Shown here piece after piece: positions 30,127 through 40,899 of a stretch of DNA of 64,000 nt. The notes beneath the pieces are model-generated. The model saw only the letters and a list, made by a program, of their open reading frames with translations. It searched no databases and was not told where the DNA came from. The stretch is from a bacterium. GTDB taxonomy: Bacteria; UBP13; UBA5359. A program made the position numbers and the translations under genes. How positions within the stretch are numbered: the stretch's first letter is position 1; every line of letters starts with the position of its first letter. The stretch lies in contig JAQUEL010000001.1 of the NCBI GenBank assembly GCA_028685295.1, forward strand, positions 31,865 through 95,864, read 5' to 3'.

Positions 30127-31840
30127 TCTCTTTTTGACTACTTTAAGGGAGATACCGGCAGAGGCGGAAACATCCGGCCATCGGCTCATGCTCAGGGCAG
30201 GAATGATAAGAAAACTGGCGGCAGGTATATACTCCTTTTTGCCGTTGGGATACAGAACTTTGGAAAAGATCTCTAATATCGTACGTCAGGAGATGAATGC
30301 AACAGGAGCGCAGGAGATACTTCTACCGGCTTTGCAGCCGGCGGAGTTGTGGCAGGAATCCGGACGGTGGTTCAAGGGAGGCAAAGAGGTCATTCGCTTA
30401 AAGGACAGGAACGATCGGGATTTTTGTCTGGGGCCTACTCATGAAGAGGTTATTACCGATCTGATCCGTCATGAAGTTCGTTCCTATCGGCAACTGCCGC
30501 TGATGCTTTATCAGATACAGACAAAGTTTCGTGATGAATTACGTCCCCGTTCAGGAGTGATAAGATCGCGGGAGTTTATAATGAAGGATTTGTACTCCTT
30601 TGACCGTGACCGGGAAGGTTTAGATGAGAGCTATAACAAAATGTATACGGCCTATGATGCAGCCTTCAGACGCTGTGGGTTACAAACTCTGGTTGTCGAA
30701 GCCGATCCGGGTATGATTGGCGGCACGGATTCGATGGAATTCATGGCTCCTTCTGATGCCGGAGAAGATATTGTTATTATCTGCAATACCTGTAAATATG
30801 CTGCTAATCGAGAGGCAGCCAGGATCAGGACGGCAACGGCGGAGAATGGGCCGGAGAAGGAAATGGAAACCGTTCTGACCCCGGAAGTAAGGACCATAAG
30901 TCAATTGGCAGACTTTCTGAACCTTCCGGCTGAGCGTATGGTAAAGACCCTTATCTATCGGAATGGTGAAGGAAGAATGATTGCTGTTCTGATACGGGGA
31001 GATAGGGAAGTCAATGAATTTAAGCTGGCAAAGCTGCTTAATTCCAGCGAATTGATTCTGGCTGAGCCGGAAGAAATAGAAGCACTGACCGGAGCTCCGG
31101 TAGGTTTTTCAGGGCCTGTTGGACTTGAGGAGAAAGCAACTATTGTCGTGGATTCAGATGTTACCGAAATGCGCAACTTCGTTACCGGAGCCAATGAAGC
31201 TAATGCTCATTTTATAAACGTTAATATAGGCAGAGATTTCTCGCCGGATATAATCGATGATGTGAAACTGGCCAGATCGGGAGACCCCTGTCCTAAATGC
31301 AATGGATTTTTGGTAGAAGAGCGGGGGATAGAGATAGGACATATCTTTAAGCTGGGTACCAGGTATACCGAAGCCATGCACGCCGTTTACCTTGATGAGA
31401 CCGGAACCGAGCAGACGATTATCATGGGGTGCTACGGCATAGGTATAAGTCGTCTGGTAGCTGCCATTATTGAGCAGAACCATGATGAGCAAGGCATTGT
31501 CTGGCCTGCCTCAGTGGCGCCTTACCACGTTTATATCGTGCAGATCTCTCCCGGTGACGAGGGGCAGGCAGAGATGATACGGCAATTATGTGCTACTTTT
31601 GACAGTAGCGGCATAGAGTATATCCTCGATGATAGAGATGAGCGACCGGGTGTTAAATTTAAAGACGCAGATCTTATAGGATTGCCTGTCAGAGCGGTAA
31701 TCGGGCCCAGATCTCTGGAAAGTAAGCTGGTAGAGATAAAGTGTCGTCGAAGTAGCGAGGAAAAGAAGGTCTCACTGGCAGATGCAGCTATGGAGGTCAA
31801 GTCCATATTGGGAGGGGACGCTTTTGTTTGTACTATCTGA
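30113..31840 (+). CDS. proS: prolyl-tRNA synthetase (bacterial type with INS editing domain)
   Basis: MRMSNLFLTTLRE N-terminus; class II motifs; 575 aa. Confidence 0.95.
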   Translation: MRMSNLFLTTLREIPAEAETSGHRLMLRAGMIRKLAAGIYSFLPLGYRTLEKISNIVRQEMNATGAQEILLPALQPAELWQESGRWFKGGKEVIRLKDRNDRDFCLGPTHEEVITDLIRHEVRSYRQLPLMLYQIQTKFRDELRPRSGVIRSREFIMKDLYSFDRDREGLDESYNKMYTAYDAAFRRCGLQTLVVEADPGMIGGTDSMEFMAPSDAGEDIVIICNTCKYAANREAARIRTATAENGPEKEMETVLTPEVRTISQLADFLNLPAERMVKTLIYRNGEGRMIAVLIRGDREVNEFKLAKLLNSSELILAEPEEIEALTGAPVGFSGPVGLEEKATIVVDSDVTEMRNFVTGANEANAHFINVNIGRDFSPDIIDDVKLARSGDPCPKCNGFLVEERGIEIGHIFKLGTRYTEAMHAVYLDETGTEQTIIMGCYGIGISRLVAAIIEQNHDEQGIVWPASVAPYHVYIVQISPGDEGQAEMIRQLCATFDSSGIEYILDDRDERPGVKFKDADLIGLPVRAVIGPRSLESKLVEIKCRRSSEEKKVSLADAAMEVKSILGGDAFVCTI

Positions 31841-32486
31841 TCTATCAGTAATCATACGTTTGTTGGCGGCCGTTGTTCTGGGAGGGCTGATCGGCCTGGA
31901 ACGAGAGATGCATGATAAACCGGCAGGTTTCAGGACACATATCCTGGTTAGTGTGGGAGCAGCTTTATATATGATAGTTTCGCTCAGTTTCAACGGACCG
32001 AACATGGACCCGGCCAGAATTGCAGCTCAGGTGGTAACCGGCATAGGCTTTCTGGGTGCGGGCACTATTTTTCGTTCCGGCAGTGCCACCAAAGGTTTGA
32101 CCACAGCAGCCAGTCTATGGGCCGCAGCCGGTATAGGTCTGTCGGTAGGAATAGGTGGAGTTTTCTTTCGTGTAGCGATTTATGCCACGCTTATAGTTTT
32201 ATCTGCGCTAATACTGCTGGCTAGATTCGAGAGCCTCTTTGTGCCTCGTGACCGTCGTCGCCTTTTCACGCTGACCATGGTGGATCGTCCCGGGCAGCTC
32301 GGTATAGTCGGTACCAAGCTGGGAGAAATAGGGGTAAATATCCGCAATGTGGATATTTCTCAAGGTGAGGAAAATAATACTCTGACCATGAGTTTGCTGT
32401 TGAGCATACCACCCGATTTCACCTTTGATGATATTAAGTCTATAATAAGAGATATAGAGGGGGTTAAAGCGGTTAACTGGGAGTGA
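31824..32486 (+). CDS. MgtC/SapB-family membrane protein with C-terminal ACT-like extension
   Basis: Motifs IRLLAAVVLGGLIGLERE, GIGFLGAGTIF, TTAASLWAAAGIGL. Start set at TTG 31824 (SD GGGAGGGG 7 nt upstream), overlapping the proS end by 17 nt. Confidence 0.75.
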   Translation: MFVLSDLSVIIRLLAAVVLGGLIGLEREMHDKPAGFRTHILVSVGAALYMIVSLSFNGPNMDPARIAAQVVTGIGFLGAGTIFRSGSATKGLTTAASLWAAAGIGLSVGIGGVFFRVAIYATLIVLSALILLARFESLFVPRDRRRLFTLTMVDRPGQLGIVGTKLGEIGVNIRNVDISQGEENNTLTMSLLLSIPPDFTFDDIKSIIRDIEGVKAVNWE

Positions 32487-32544
32487 TCGCTATTGTATTG
32501 CCCGTTGAATTATGATATTATACTTTAAGCTTATATGTTTTCTG

Positions 32545-32581
32545 CAAAGAGTGGGAGTTCGCCCACTCTTTGTTGTTGTTA
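32545..32581 (+). terminator. hairpin + T-rich tail between mgtC-like gene and rimP (terminator or leader structure)
   Basis: CAAAGAGTGGG-AGTTCG-CCCACTCTTTG (11-bp perfect stem) followed by TTGTTGTTGTT. Confidence 0.5.
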
Positions 32582-32608
32582 AGGGTTTTCGAAAGGAAGC
32601 GTGTCTCT

Positions 32609-33061
32609 ATGAAGCTTGTTGAGCGTCTGGAAGCGATTATCGAACCGATACTGGCAAGAGAGAATTACGAATTGGTGGATATAGAATTCGTTAGAGCCGG
32701 TCGGCATAGTTATCTCCGTCTTTTTGTTGATAAGGATGGTGGTGTGACTTTGGATGATTGTGAGCATATCAGCTGCACGGTCGGTGCTTATCTTGATGAG
32801 AGCGATCTGATGACCGAAGCTTATCATTTGGAAGTATCTTCGCCCGGATTGGATAGAGTAATAAAGAAAGAGAAGGACTTTCGACGCTTTGCCGGCAGGA
32901 AGGCAAGCATAACCACTTTTTATCCTATAGAGGATCGCAGGAAGTTCAACGGAATGCTTAAAGGGCTGAAAGAGGGAAAAGTTTTGATAGAGGTGGAAGA
33001 TGTCGTCTATGCCATACCTCTTGAAGATATAAGCAAGACTAGATTGGTTGCAGATATATAA
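32609..33061 (+). CDS. rimP: ribosome maturation factor RimP
   Basis: N-terminus MKLVERLEAIIEPI; motifs YLRLFVDKDGGVTLDDCE, LEVSSPGLDR. Confidence 0.9.
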   Translation: MKLVERLEAIIEPILARENYELVDIEFVRAGRHSYLRLFVDKDGGVTLDDCEHISCTVGAYLDESDLMTEAYHLEVSSPGLDRVIKKEKDFRRFAGRKASITTFYPIEDRRKFNGMLKGLKEGKVLIEVEDVVYAIPLEDISKTRLVADI

Positions 33062-33079
33062 GGAGAGGAGTAAATAGTT

Positions 33080-34561
33080 ATGAATATGGAACTGATGGAT
33101 GCGCTCCACCAGATAGCCGAGGAGCGTGGCGTGCCTATAGAGATGCTGAAAGAAGCTCTTGAGGCTGCGCTTATTTCTGCTTATCGTAAGAATTATGGCG
33201 GTGCGCAGGCCATTCGCATAGATCTTGATAGTGGTGACAACATCAAGGTAATAGCAGAGAAGAGCATCGTTGATGTTGTCGAAGATTCAGCTGCTGAAGT
33301 GAGTCTTGAAGAAGCCAAGGAGGTCGATGCCGCTGCGGAAGTGGGTTCGATCATGGAGTATGAAGTTACTCCAGGTGAATTCGGACGAATTGCCGCACAA
33401 ACCGCCAAGCAGGTTATTATGCAACGAGTTAGGGAAGCCGAACGCGATGTAATATATGAGGAATATTCTCGTCGTATAGGTGAGATTGTTACCGGTGTTG
33501 TTCAGCGAGTGGAGAACCGTCATGTGCTGGTTAATCTTGGAAAGACGGACGCTGTGATCCCTCCGGGTGAACAGGCCCCTCAGGACCGCTATCGCCACAA
33601 CGAGAGAATAAAAATTTATGTTATGGAAGCGGCTAAAACACCCAGGGGCCCGCAAGTAAAAGTATCCAGGACCCATCCCGGGCTGGTAAAGCGCCTGTTC
33701 GAGATAGAAGTGCCTGAGATCCATGACGGCATTGTGGAGATTAAGTCGGTAGCCCGTGAAGCCGGCTCTCGTTCCAAAATTGCTGTTGTTTCCAGAGACG
33801 TAAGCGTAGATGCGGTAGGGTCTTGTGTTGGCGCTAAGGGTTCGCGAGTGCAGATGGTTGTTGATGAGCTTAAGGGCGAGAAAATTGATATCGTACCGTG
33901 GGATTCTGACATATCCCGCTTTATTTCATCGGCTCTCAGCCCGGCCAAGGTAACGTTTGTCAAGTTGAATTCCGATGAAGAGAGTGCCGTTGTTGTGGTT
34001 CCGGACGATCAGTTGTCTCTGGCTATCGGAAAGAGCGGACAGAATGTACGTCTGGCTGTAAAGCTTACCGGATGGAAGATAGATATCAAGAGCGCTACTG
34101 ATTACAAGGAGATCGAGGCCCAGGAGGCACAGCGCCATAAAGAAGAGATGGAGCGGTTGATGGATAGTATTACCGCTGAAATGCATAAAGAAAGCGAAGT
34201 GACTCAGGCTGAAACAGCTGAAGCGGAAGAGCTGCCCATAAGCGAGCTCAAGCCCGAGGAACTGGATGCGACCCTTTCTGCTGCCGCTCTTCTGAAAGAA
34301 GAGGGACAGGATACTGAGCAGGATAATCTAATAACCATGGCAGATATCAACAGCGTCATTACCTTTGATGATCTGGCGGTGGATATCAATGCCCATAGCT
34401 TGGGCATTATAGATGAAGAAGAGGGGCCGGGTACCGGTAAAGGAAAGCGAAAGAAGAAATCCGGGCGCTCCGAAGAGGAGAAGATGCTCGGTAAGCCGAG
34501 GACAAAGAAGAGGAGCCGTAAGGCTATGGTGGAAGAGGATGAGGAAGATCTCTATTTATAA
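33080..34561 (+). CDS. nusA: transcription termination/antitermination factor NusA with acidic C-terminal extension
   Basis: NusA N-domain, S1 and two KH domains (GPQVKVSRTHP, IGKSGQNVRLA). Long Glu/Asp-rich tail. Confidence 0.95.
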   Translation: MNMELMDALHQIAEERGVPIEMLKEALEAALISAYRKNYGGAQAIRIDLDSGDNIKVIAEKSIVDVVEDSAAEVSLEEAKEVDAAAEVGSIMEYEVTPGEFGRIAAQTAKQVIMQRVREAERDVIYEEYSRRIGEIVTGVVQRVENRHVLVNLGKTDAVIPPGEQAPQDRYRHNERIKIYVMEAAKTPRGPQVKVSRTHPGLVKRLFEIEVPEIHDGIVEIKSVAREAGSRSKIAVVSRDVSVDAVGSCVGAKGSRVQMVVDELKGEKIDIVPWDSDISRFISSALSPAKVTFVKLNSDEESAVVVVPDDQLSLAIGKSGQNVRLAVKLTGWKIDIKSATDYKEIEAQEAQRHKEEMERLMDSITAEMHKESEVTQAETAEAEELPISELKPEELDATLSAAALLKEEGQDTEQDNLITMADINSVITFDDLAVDINAHSLGIIDEEEGPGTGKGKRKKKSGRSEEEKMLGKPRTKKRSRKAMVEEDEEDLYL

Positions 34562-34573
34562 GGAGAGATCGCG

Positions 34574-34840
34574 GTGAAGACACGACATGAGCCGATACGC
34601 ATGTGTGCAGGGTGTGGAGTATCCAGACCTAAACGGGAATTGATCAGGATGGTAAGGACGCCGGAAGGCCGTGTCCAGGTAGATGAAAGCGGTAAAAAGT
34701 CCGGGCGCGGTATCTATATTTGTCCATCATCGGAGTGCTACGCCCGGGCGTTGAAAAGTAGAAGGCTTCATAGAGCCTTTGGAGGAGAACCCGATCCCGA
34801 ATTGGCTGAAGTAGTCTTAAAATTATCAGGAAAGGGGTGA
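34574..34840 (+). CDS. ylxR: YlxR-family (DUF448) RNA-binding protein
   Basis: RMCAGCG..RPKRELIR...GRGIYIC motif; GTG start; position between nusA and infB. Confidence 0.8.
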   Translation: MKTRHEPIRMCAGCGVSRPKRELIRMVRTPEGRVQVDESGKKSGRGIYICPSSECYARALKSRRLHRAFGGEPDPELAEVVLKLSGKG

Positions 34841-34845
34841 GTGCG

Positions 34846-36924
34846 ATGAAGGTGCGCGTATATGAATTAGCAAAGAAGGTAAATCTTTCTAATAAAGATT
34901 TGCTTGACATATTGCATGATCTGGGAATTCAAGCTGTGAATCATTCCAGCAGCATCGACGAATCGGAAGCTCAACTTGTCAGGGAATATTTGGAAGAGGA
35001 GCGGAAAAACTCGGACGAAGGCGGTGAATTGCCGCCTAATTTCGTCAGGGTGGATGATAAGATAACCATTAAAAATTTGGCTGTTGCTATGGAGATAGAT
35101 CCGGTGGAAATATTGAAAAAACTTTTGGTTCTTGGAGTGGCAGCCAATGAAAACCAGGCGGTTGATCAACGGGTGGCAGCGCATTTAGCGGCGCAGTTCG
35201 ACTTTATAGCCGGCGGAGAAGAGATGATTCCTAAAGCCAGAGAGGCCTATCAGGTAAAGCTGGCTGAAAAGGCGGCGGCAGAGGAGAAGACAGCGGTATC
35301 CGCGGGGGTGGGTGCTGATAATGTTCAGGCCGGCGAAGGCAGAGCAGTGGTTCATACAGAAGACGAAATCAAATCGGAGATTGATCAAATCAGCGAAGGT
35401 ATACAAGTGGGTCCTGCAGAGGAGCGTCCGCCTATTGTTACAATCATGGGACACGTAGACCACGGCAAGACCTCTTTGCTCGATGCGATAAGAAAGACAA
35501 ATGTAACCGAGAGCGAATCGGGTGGAATCACTCAGCATATCGGTGCTTATCAGGTTATACTGTCCGGCAAGCGAATAACTTTTCTGGATACGCCGGGCCA
35601 TGAAGCCTTTACGTCTATGAGGGCCAGAGGTGCGCAGGTAACCGACATTGCTGTCTTGGTGGTAGCCGCTGACGATGGCTTGATGCCTCAATCGATTGAA
35701 GCTATTGATCATGCCAGGGCCGCCGGGGTGCCGATAGTAGTGGCTATCAACAAAATTGATAGGCCTGATGCTAATACGGAGCGGGTAAGACAGCAATTAG
35801 CCGAGCATAATCTGCTTCCCGAAGATTGGGGTGGCGATACTATCTGCGTAGAAGTATCTGCTCTCAAAAAAATGGGAATTGACAATCTCCTGGAAATGAT
35901 ACTTCTGGTGGCTGAGATGGCCGAACTCAAAGCCTGGCCCAAGGGACAGGTTATGGGAACAGTTGTAGAGGCCAGTATGGATAAGAGCAAGGGTGCATTG
36001 GCTACCGTTCTCATAAGTAATGGTACTTTAAGAGTAGGCGATAATATCATTGTTGGAACGGTCAGCGGAAAAGTACGTGCCATGATTAACGACAGAGGAG
36101 AACGCGTCAAGGCGGCAGGTCCCGCTATGCCTGTGGAAATCTTCGGTCTTTCTGAAGTACCGCAGGCGGGAGATGAATTGAACGTAGTTGAAGATGAACG
36201 TATTGCACGTCAAATAGCTGCCGGGCGCCAAATAAGAGATAGGGAGAAGAAGCTGGCACAGGGGCAGCGTATGTCTCTTGATGATCTCTTTAAGCAGGTT
36301 CAGGAAGGTGTTACGCATACACTGAACATAATTTTGAAAGCGGATGTCCAGGGTACTGTTGAGGCTGTCAGACAGTCGCTGGAGAACCTGGCGACAGATG
36401 AAGTAACCGTGAATATTATCCACGAGGGTGTAGGTGGCATATCCGAATCAGACGTGACGCTGGCGACGGCGTCAAATGCCATTGTGGTAGGCTTTAACGT
36501 AAAACCGGACGGCAAAGCCGCTAAAGCGGCTCAGACGGAGAATATCGATCTGCGGCTTTACAAGGTTATTTATGAATTGCTTGATAATGTAAATGCTGCG
36601 ATCAACGGTATGTTGGAACCGGAACAGCATGAGGTAATGCTGGGTACAGCCGAGGTCAGGGCTATCTTTAAGACGCCGAAGGGTATTGTGGCAGGGTCTT
36701 ACGTTCTGGATGGCAAAGTTGTCAGAGGTGCTAGAGTAAGGCTTATAAGATCTGATGAGGTTATATTTGAAGGTCGTATAAATACATTGCGGCGCTTTAA
36801 AGAGGATGTGCGCGAAGTGACGGCCGGTTACGAGTGCGGTATAGGTCTTGATGGAAATAACGATATACAGGAAGGCGATCGCATGATAGCCTTCACTATT
36901 GAGGAAACGGCCAGAGCCGTTTAG
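34846..36924 (+). CDS. infB: translation initiation factor IF-2
   Basis: ATG 34846 giving [11 protein letters not shown]; G-domain motifs [24 protein letters not shown]. Confidence 0.95.
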   Translation: MKVRVYELAKKVNLSNKDLLDILHDLGIQAVNHSSSIDESEAQLVREYLEEERKNSDEGGELPPNFVRVDDKITIKNLAVAMEIDPVEILKKLLVLGVAANENQAVDQRVAAHLAAQFDFIAGGEEMIPKAREAYQVKLAEKAAAEEKTAVSAGVGADNVQAGEGRAVVHTEDEIKSEIDQISEGIQVGPAEERPPIVTIMGHVDHGKTSLLDAIRKTNVTESESGGITQHIGAYQVILSGKRITFLDTPGHEAFTSMRARGAQVTDIAVLVVAADDGLMPQSIEAIDHARAAGVPIVVAINKIDRPDANTERVRQQLAEHNLLPEDWGGDTICVEVSALKKMGIDNLLEMILLVAEMAELKAWPKGQVMGTVVEASMDKSKGALATVLISNGTLRVGDNIIVGTVSGKVRAMINDRGERVKAAGPAMPVEIFGLSEVPQAGDELNVVEDERIARQIAAGRQIRDREKKLAQGQRMSLDDLFKQVQEGVTHTLNIILKADVQGTVEAVRQSLENLATDEVTVNIIHEGVGGISESDVTLATASNAIVVGFNVKPDGKAAKAAQTENIDLRLYKVIYELLDNVNAAINGMLEPEQHEVMLGTAEVRAIFKTPKGIVAGSYVLDGKVVRGARVRLIRSDEVIFEGRINTLRRFKEDVREVTAGYECGIGLDGNNDIQEGDRMIAFTIEETARAV

Positions 36925-36936
36925 TAAGGTTATTAA

Positions 36937-36975
36937 AACCGGCAGGCGTCTTCACAAGGCCTGCCGGTTCTTCTA
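36937..36975 (+). terminator. rho-independent terminator after infB
   Basis: AACCGGCAGGC-11nt loop-GCCTGCCGGTT then CTTCT; perfect 11-bp stem. Confidence 0.65.
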
Positions 36976-37008
36976 TAATGTGATAAGAGACCTTAGGGAG
37001 TATAGCTA

Positions 37009-38310
37009 ATGATTTACAACGCCTCCGCTGAATGTATGGACCGCAAGGCGCTTGAAAGGCTGCAAATGGAGCGGTTGCAGCAGACTGTCAAGCACGTATA
37101 TGAAAATGTACCACTTTACAAAGAACGATTTGATGCCAAAGGGATAACACCGGGAGATATTAAAACCCTTGAGGATTTAGAGCTTCTTCCTTTTACAGTA
37201 AAGGATGACCTTCGTCAAACGTATCCATTCGGCATGTTTGCCGTTTCAATGCGTCAAGTTGCCAGGATTCATGCCTCTTCAGGTACTACCGGCCATCCAA
37301 TAGTCGTAGGCTACACATCTGAAGATATCAATACCTGGGCCGAAGCTATTGCCAGAACTCTGTCTGCAGGAGGGACTACAGTCGGAGATATAGTGCACAA
37401 TGCTTATGGCTACGGACTCTTTACCGGTGGCCTGGGGATTCATTACGGCGCCGAAAGATTAGGCGCCGCTGTAGTCCCTATCTCCGGCGGGCAGACCAAG
37501 CGGCAGGTACAACTGCTGCAGGATTTTGGCAGCAATGTCATCTGTTGTACCCCATCATATGCTCTCTATATAGGTGAAATGGCTGCTGAAGCAGAGCTCG
37601 ATCTGGAGAAGCTCCCATTGAGGGCCGGTTTTTTCGGTGCCGAGCCCTGGACTGAGGCCATGCGAAAGACGATTGAAGATTGTCTTGGAATAGAGGCGCT
37701 GGATATATACGGTCTGAGTGAGGTTATGGGACCGGGAGTGTCATACAACTGTCTCTTGAAATGCGGATTGCATATTAATGAAGATTTTTTCATCCCTGAA
37801 ATAATTGATCCCATTACCGGAAAGCCATTACCTCCCGGCGAAACGGGAGAGCTGGTCTTTACCACTATCACCAAAGAGGCCTTTCCCGTTATTAGATATC
37901 GCACCAGAGACATTACCAGTCTGTCATACGAGAAATGCTCCTGTGGAAGAACGTTTGCACGTATGCAAAGAGTGAGTGGTCGTACTGATGATATGCTGAT
38001 TATTCGTGGTGTAAATATCTTTCCATCTCAGATTGAGAGCGTTCTTATGGAGATAGAGGAGACGGAACCCCACTACCAGCTTATCGTTGATCGTCAAGAG
38101 AAGAGTCTTGATACTCTTGAAGTGTGGGTAGAGGTATCAGCAAATATATTTTCTGATGAAATGCGTAAATTAGAAGCTCTTCAGAAAAAAGTTCGGCATG
38201 AGATTGAAGCCCTTTTGGGGATATCTGTCAGCGTGAAGCTGGTTGAGCCTAGGACTATTGCCCGCAGTGAGGGCAAAGCCAAAAGAATAATCGACAAGCG
38301 AGAGATATAG
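37009..38310 (+). CDS. paaK: phenylacetate-CoA ligase family (PaaK / coenzyme F390 synthetase-like adenylate-forming enzyme)
   Basis: N-terminus with [25 protein letters not shown]; SSGTTG AMP-binding motif; 433 aa; followed by an ACT-domain gene, the typical pairing. Confidence 0.85.
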   Translation: MIYNASAECMDRKALERLQMERLQQTVKHVYENVPLYKERFDAKGITPGDIKTLEDLELLPFTVKDDLRQTYPFGMFAVSMRQVARIHASSGTTGHPIVVGYTSEDINTWAEAIARTLSAGGTTVGDIVHNAYGYGLFTGGLGIHYGAERLGAAVVPISGGQTKRQVQLLQDFGSNVICCTPSYALYIGEMAAEAELDLEKLPLRAGFFGAEPWTEAMRKTIEDCLGIEALDIYGLSEVMGPGVSYNCLLKCGLHINEDFFIPEIIDPITGKPLPPGETGELVFTTITKEAFPVIRYRTRDITSLSYEKCSCGRTFARMQRVSGRTDDMLIIRGVNIFPSQIESVLMEIEETEPHYQLIVDRQEKSLDTLEVWVEVSANIFSDEMRKLEALQKKVRHEIEALLGISVSVKLVEPRTIARSEGKAKRIIDKREI

Positions 38311-38322
38311 CGGAGGTTAGCC

Positions 38323-38754
38323 ATGGCTGTTACCCAGATTTCAGTTTTTCTGGAGAATAAATCCGGCCGCTTGGCCGAATTGACGGAGATTCTGGCTGAA
38401 GCGAGCATTAATATAAGAGCGCTATCAGTGGCAGAGACGGTGGATTACGGTGTGCTGCGATTGATTGTCGACAAGCCTGATCTCGCTTGCGAACGTCTTC
38501 GACAAGCCGGATTTACCATTACGGAAACGCAGGTCCTGGCATTAGAAATCCCGGATCGGCCAGGTGGCCTGGCCGATGTTATAAGGCTGCTGTCCAATGC
38601 CGGCATCAATGTCGAGTACGTCTATGCTTTTGTAGGCAAGGCAAAAGATAATGCCATTGTTGTTCTTAGACTTGAAGAGATTGACCAGGCGGTAAAACTT
38701 CTTAAAAAGCATGGCCTTGAGGCTGTTCCGGCTGAAAATATCTACCGGATGTGA
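38323..38754 (+). CDS. ACT domain protein (PaaK-associated)
   Basis: 143 aa, two ACT-like beta-alpha-beta-beta-alpha-beta halves; SD GGAGG upstream. Confidence 0.75.
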   Translation: MAVTQISVFLENKSGRLAELTEILAEASINIRALSVAETVDYGVLRLIVDKPDLACERLRQAGFTITETQVLALEIPDRPGGLADVIRLLSNAGINVEYVYAFVGKAKDNAIVVLRLEEIDQAVKLLKKHGLEAVPAENIYRM

Positions 38755-38773
38755 GTTGCCGAAGGAGTAAGCG

Positions 38774-40129
38774 ATGCTGACATATAATTACTTGAGTCGT
38801 TATTTACAAATTACAAGACATTGCCGGTCGTATCTGTTAAGGGCCGGCTACCTCTATGCATTAGCGATCCTCTCTCTTTTTACGGGCATTATTCTTACTT
38901 CTCCATCACCGGTGAGAGCGGAAGCAGCTGCTTTACAGGTAAATGCAACAAGCGCTTTACTTATAGATGTCATTACCGGAAAAATTCTCTGGCAGAAGAA
39001 CTCACATAAACGCTGGCCTCCCGCCAGCACGACGAAGATAATGACGGCTATTCTGATCCTTGAGAATGCAAACCTTAATGAAAAGACTATCATCAGCCAA
39101 AGAGCGCAGGATGCAACAACGGAATCCTCTATCTGGCTGCAGGCTGGAGAAGAGTTGACGATAAGCGATCTGTTAAATGCGTTGTTGATAAAATCCGCTA
39201 ATGATGCAGCTGTAGCTCTGGCCGAACACACCAGCGGTTCCGTGGAAAGCTTCGTTGATATGATGAACAGGCGAGCGGCACAGTTGGGAGCGGTGGATAC
39301 ACATTTTATGAATCCTAACGGACTATACCATCCGGATCATCTCACCACCGCTTACGATCTATCGATTATGGCTCGGCACGCTATGCGCTACAAGATATTT
39401 AATGAAGTTATTGCCGCCAAGAAAGCGGTTATCGCTTGGCCGGGGAAAAAATGGGACAGAACTCTGGTAAACCGTAATCGCTTACTCTGGACTTATAAAG
39501 GCGCTGATGGTGTTAAGACAGGGTTTGTTCGTCAGTCTGGCAGGTGCCTGGTTTCCTCTGCTACGAGAAATGGCTGGCGTATTATGGGAGTAGTTTTGGG
39601 AAGCAGTGACGCCATTAAAGACAGCGCATCCCTGCTGGATTACGGTTTTAAGCATTTCGAGCCGCAGTATATTGCTAAAAAGGATCGTATCTTTACTCAG
39701 ATATCCGTACGCGGCGGAGAAAAAAATAAATTATCTCTGGTTTCTGATAGAGATTTACTGACGGTTGTTCCTGTAGGAAAGAGAGCAGCACCACGTAAGG
39801 AAATAAAGCTGATCAGGGCACGGGCACCCATAAAGAAAGGTGCTAGGTGCGGATATATAATACTCTATGAAGGTCGGGAGCAGATCGGCCGTGCCGAATT
39901 GCTGGCAGTGGGTAATATAGAAAAATCATGGCTGTTCAAAGCATTGGATGCTTTGAAATTTCTTGCTTTATTAGGCTTTATAACAATCACGGGAGTGCGC
40001 ATATATGCCGGAAGAACGTTTACAAAAGATACTTGCAAGGGCAGGTATAGCTTCCCGCAGAGGGAGCGAGGAACTGATCAGAGCTGGTCGCGTTACCGTA
40101 AACGGTCATATCGGTCTGATAGGGGATAG
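38774..40129 (+). CDS. D-alanyl-D-alanine carboxypeptidase (S11, PBP5/DacB-like) with C-terminal extension
   Basis: Signal/TM segment, active-site SxxK (ASTTKIMTA), SAND-like (KSANDAA) and KTG motifs. ORF continues 125 nt into the rluB start. Confidence 0.8.
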   Translation: MLTYNYLSRYLQITRHCRSYLLRAGYLYALAILSLFTGIILTSPSPVRAEAAALQVNATSALLIDVITGKILWQKNSHKRWPPASTTKIMTAILILENANLNEKTIISQRAQDATTESSIWLQAGEELTISDLLNALLIKSANDAAVALAEHTSGSVESFVDMMNRRAAQLGAVDTHFMNPNGLYHPDHLTTAYDLSIMARHAMRYKIFNEVIAAKKAVIAWPGKKWDRTLVNRNRLLWTYKGADGVKTGFVRQSGRCLVSSATRNGWRIMGVVLGSSDAIKDSASLLDYGFKHFEPQYIAKKDRIFTQISVRGGEKNKLSLVSDRDLLTVVPVGKRAAPRKEIKLIRARAPIKKGARCGYIILYEGREQIGRAELLAVGNIEKSWLFKALDALKFLALLGFITITGVRIYAGRTFTKDTCKGRYSFPQRERGTDQSWSRYRKRSYRSDRG

Positions 40130-40721
40130 GGCGGATCCGGAGACGGATGAAATATGCCTGGATGGACAACCGGTTGCTCCCTTACTTAAATTCATATACT
40201 TAGCCCTTAATAAGCCGTGCGGATATCTCTCTACAAGGCATGATCCTCAGGGAAGAAGAACGTTAATGGATCTTGTGCCGTTTAAGAACGTTTACCCGGT
40301 CGGCAGATTGGACAAGGATACCTCCGGGCTTATCCTTCTAACAAATGACGGTGAATTTGCCTATTTGATGGCTCATCCGAGCCATGAAGTGGATAAAACG
40401 TACTTGGCCAGAGTAGAAGGGAAGCCGGCTATGACCGACCTGCAGCGACTAAGAAAGGGCATCATTCTTGATGATGGTATAACCTCTCCTGCCCGGGTAC
40501 GAATAATACAGGCCGGTCCTAATGCGGCACTGGTAGAGATAGTGATACACGAGGGGCGCAAGCGGCAGGTGAGAAGAATGTTTGAAGCCGTTGGTCATCC
40601 GGTTCTTGAGTTATGTCGTATAGCCATAAACGGCTTGAAACTGGGTAATCTGGAGCCAGGCAAATATCGTGAGCTGGCCCCGTCGGAGATAATGGAGCTA
40701 CGTAAGGCTGTCCGAAAATAA
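40005..40721 (+). CDS. rluB: 23S rRNA pseudouridine synthase, RsuA/RluB family (S4 + PseudoU_synth_2)
   Basis: S4 N-terminus ERLQKILARAGIASRR; catalytic Asp motif VGRLDKDTSGLILLTNDG. Confidence 0.85.
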   Translation: MPEERLQKILARAGIASRRGSEELIRAGRVTVNGHIGLIGDRADPETDEICLDGQPVAPLLKFIYLALNKPCGYLSTRHDPQGRRTLMDLVPFKNVYPVGRLDKDTSGLILLTNDGEFAYLMAHPSHEVDKTYLARVEGKPAMTDLQRLRKGIILDDGITSPARVRIIQAGPNAALVEIVIHEGRKRQVRRMFEAVGHPVLELCRIAINGLKLGNLEPGKYRELAPSEIMELRKAVRK

Positions 40722-40899
40722 GAGGTGAGGCATCGGAAACCGATCGCTCATTTTCACTCTTCGATAACGGACACTTATCGCTTGCTTTATATTGGAAATG
40801 CTGTTATCTCTGGAAGTATAGACGGCTTTCAGGTAAAATTAATCAGGAATAAGATTATATCATATCCGGATTTTAATCCGGGAGAGGTTTTGTTGGAAT

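Noticed and set aside
35185-35796. 203-aa minus-strand ORF
   Set aside because: Antisense to infB; no support.
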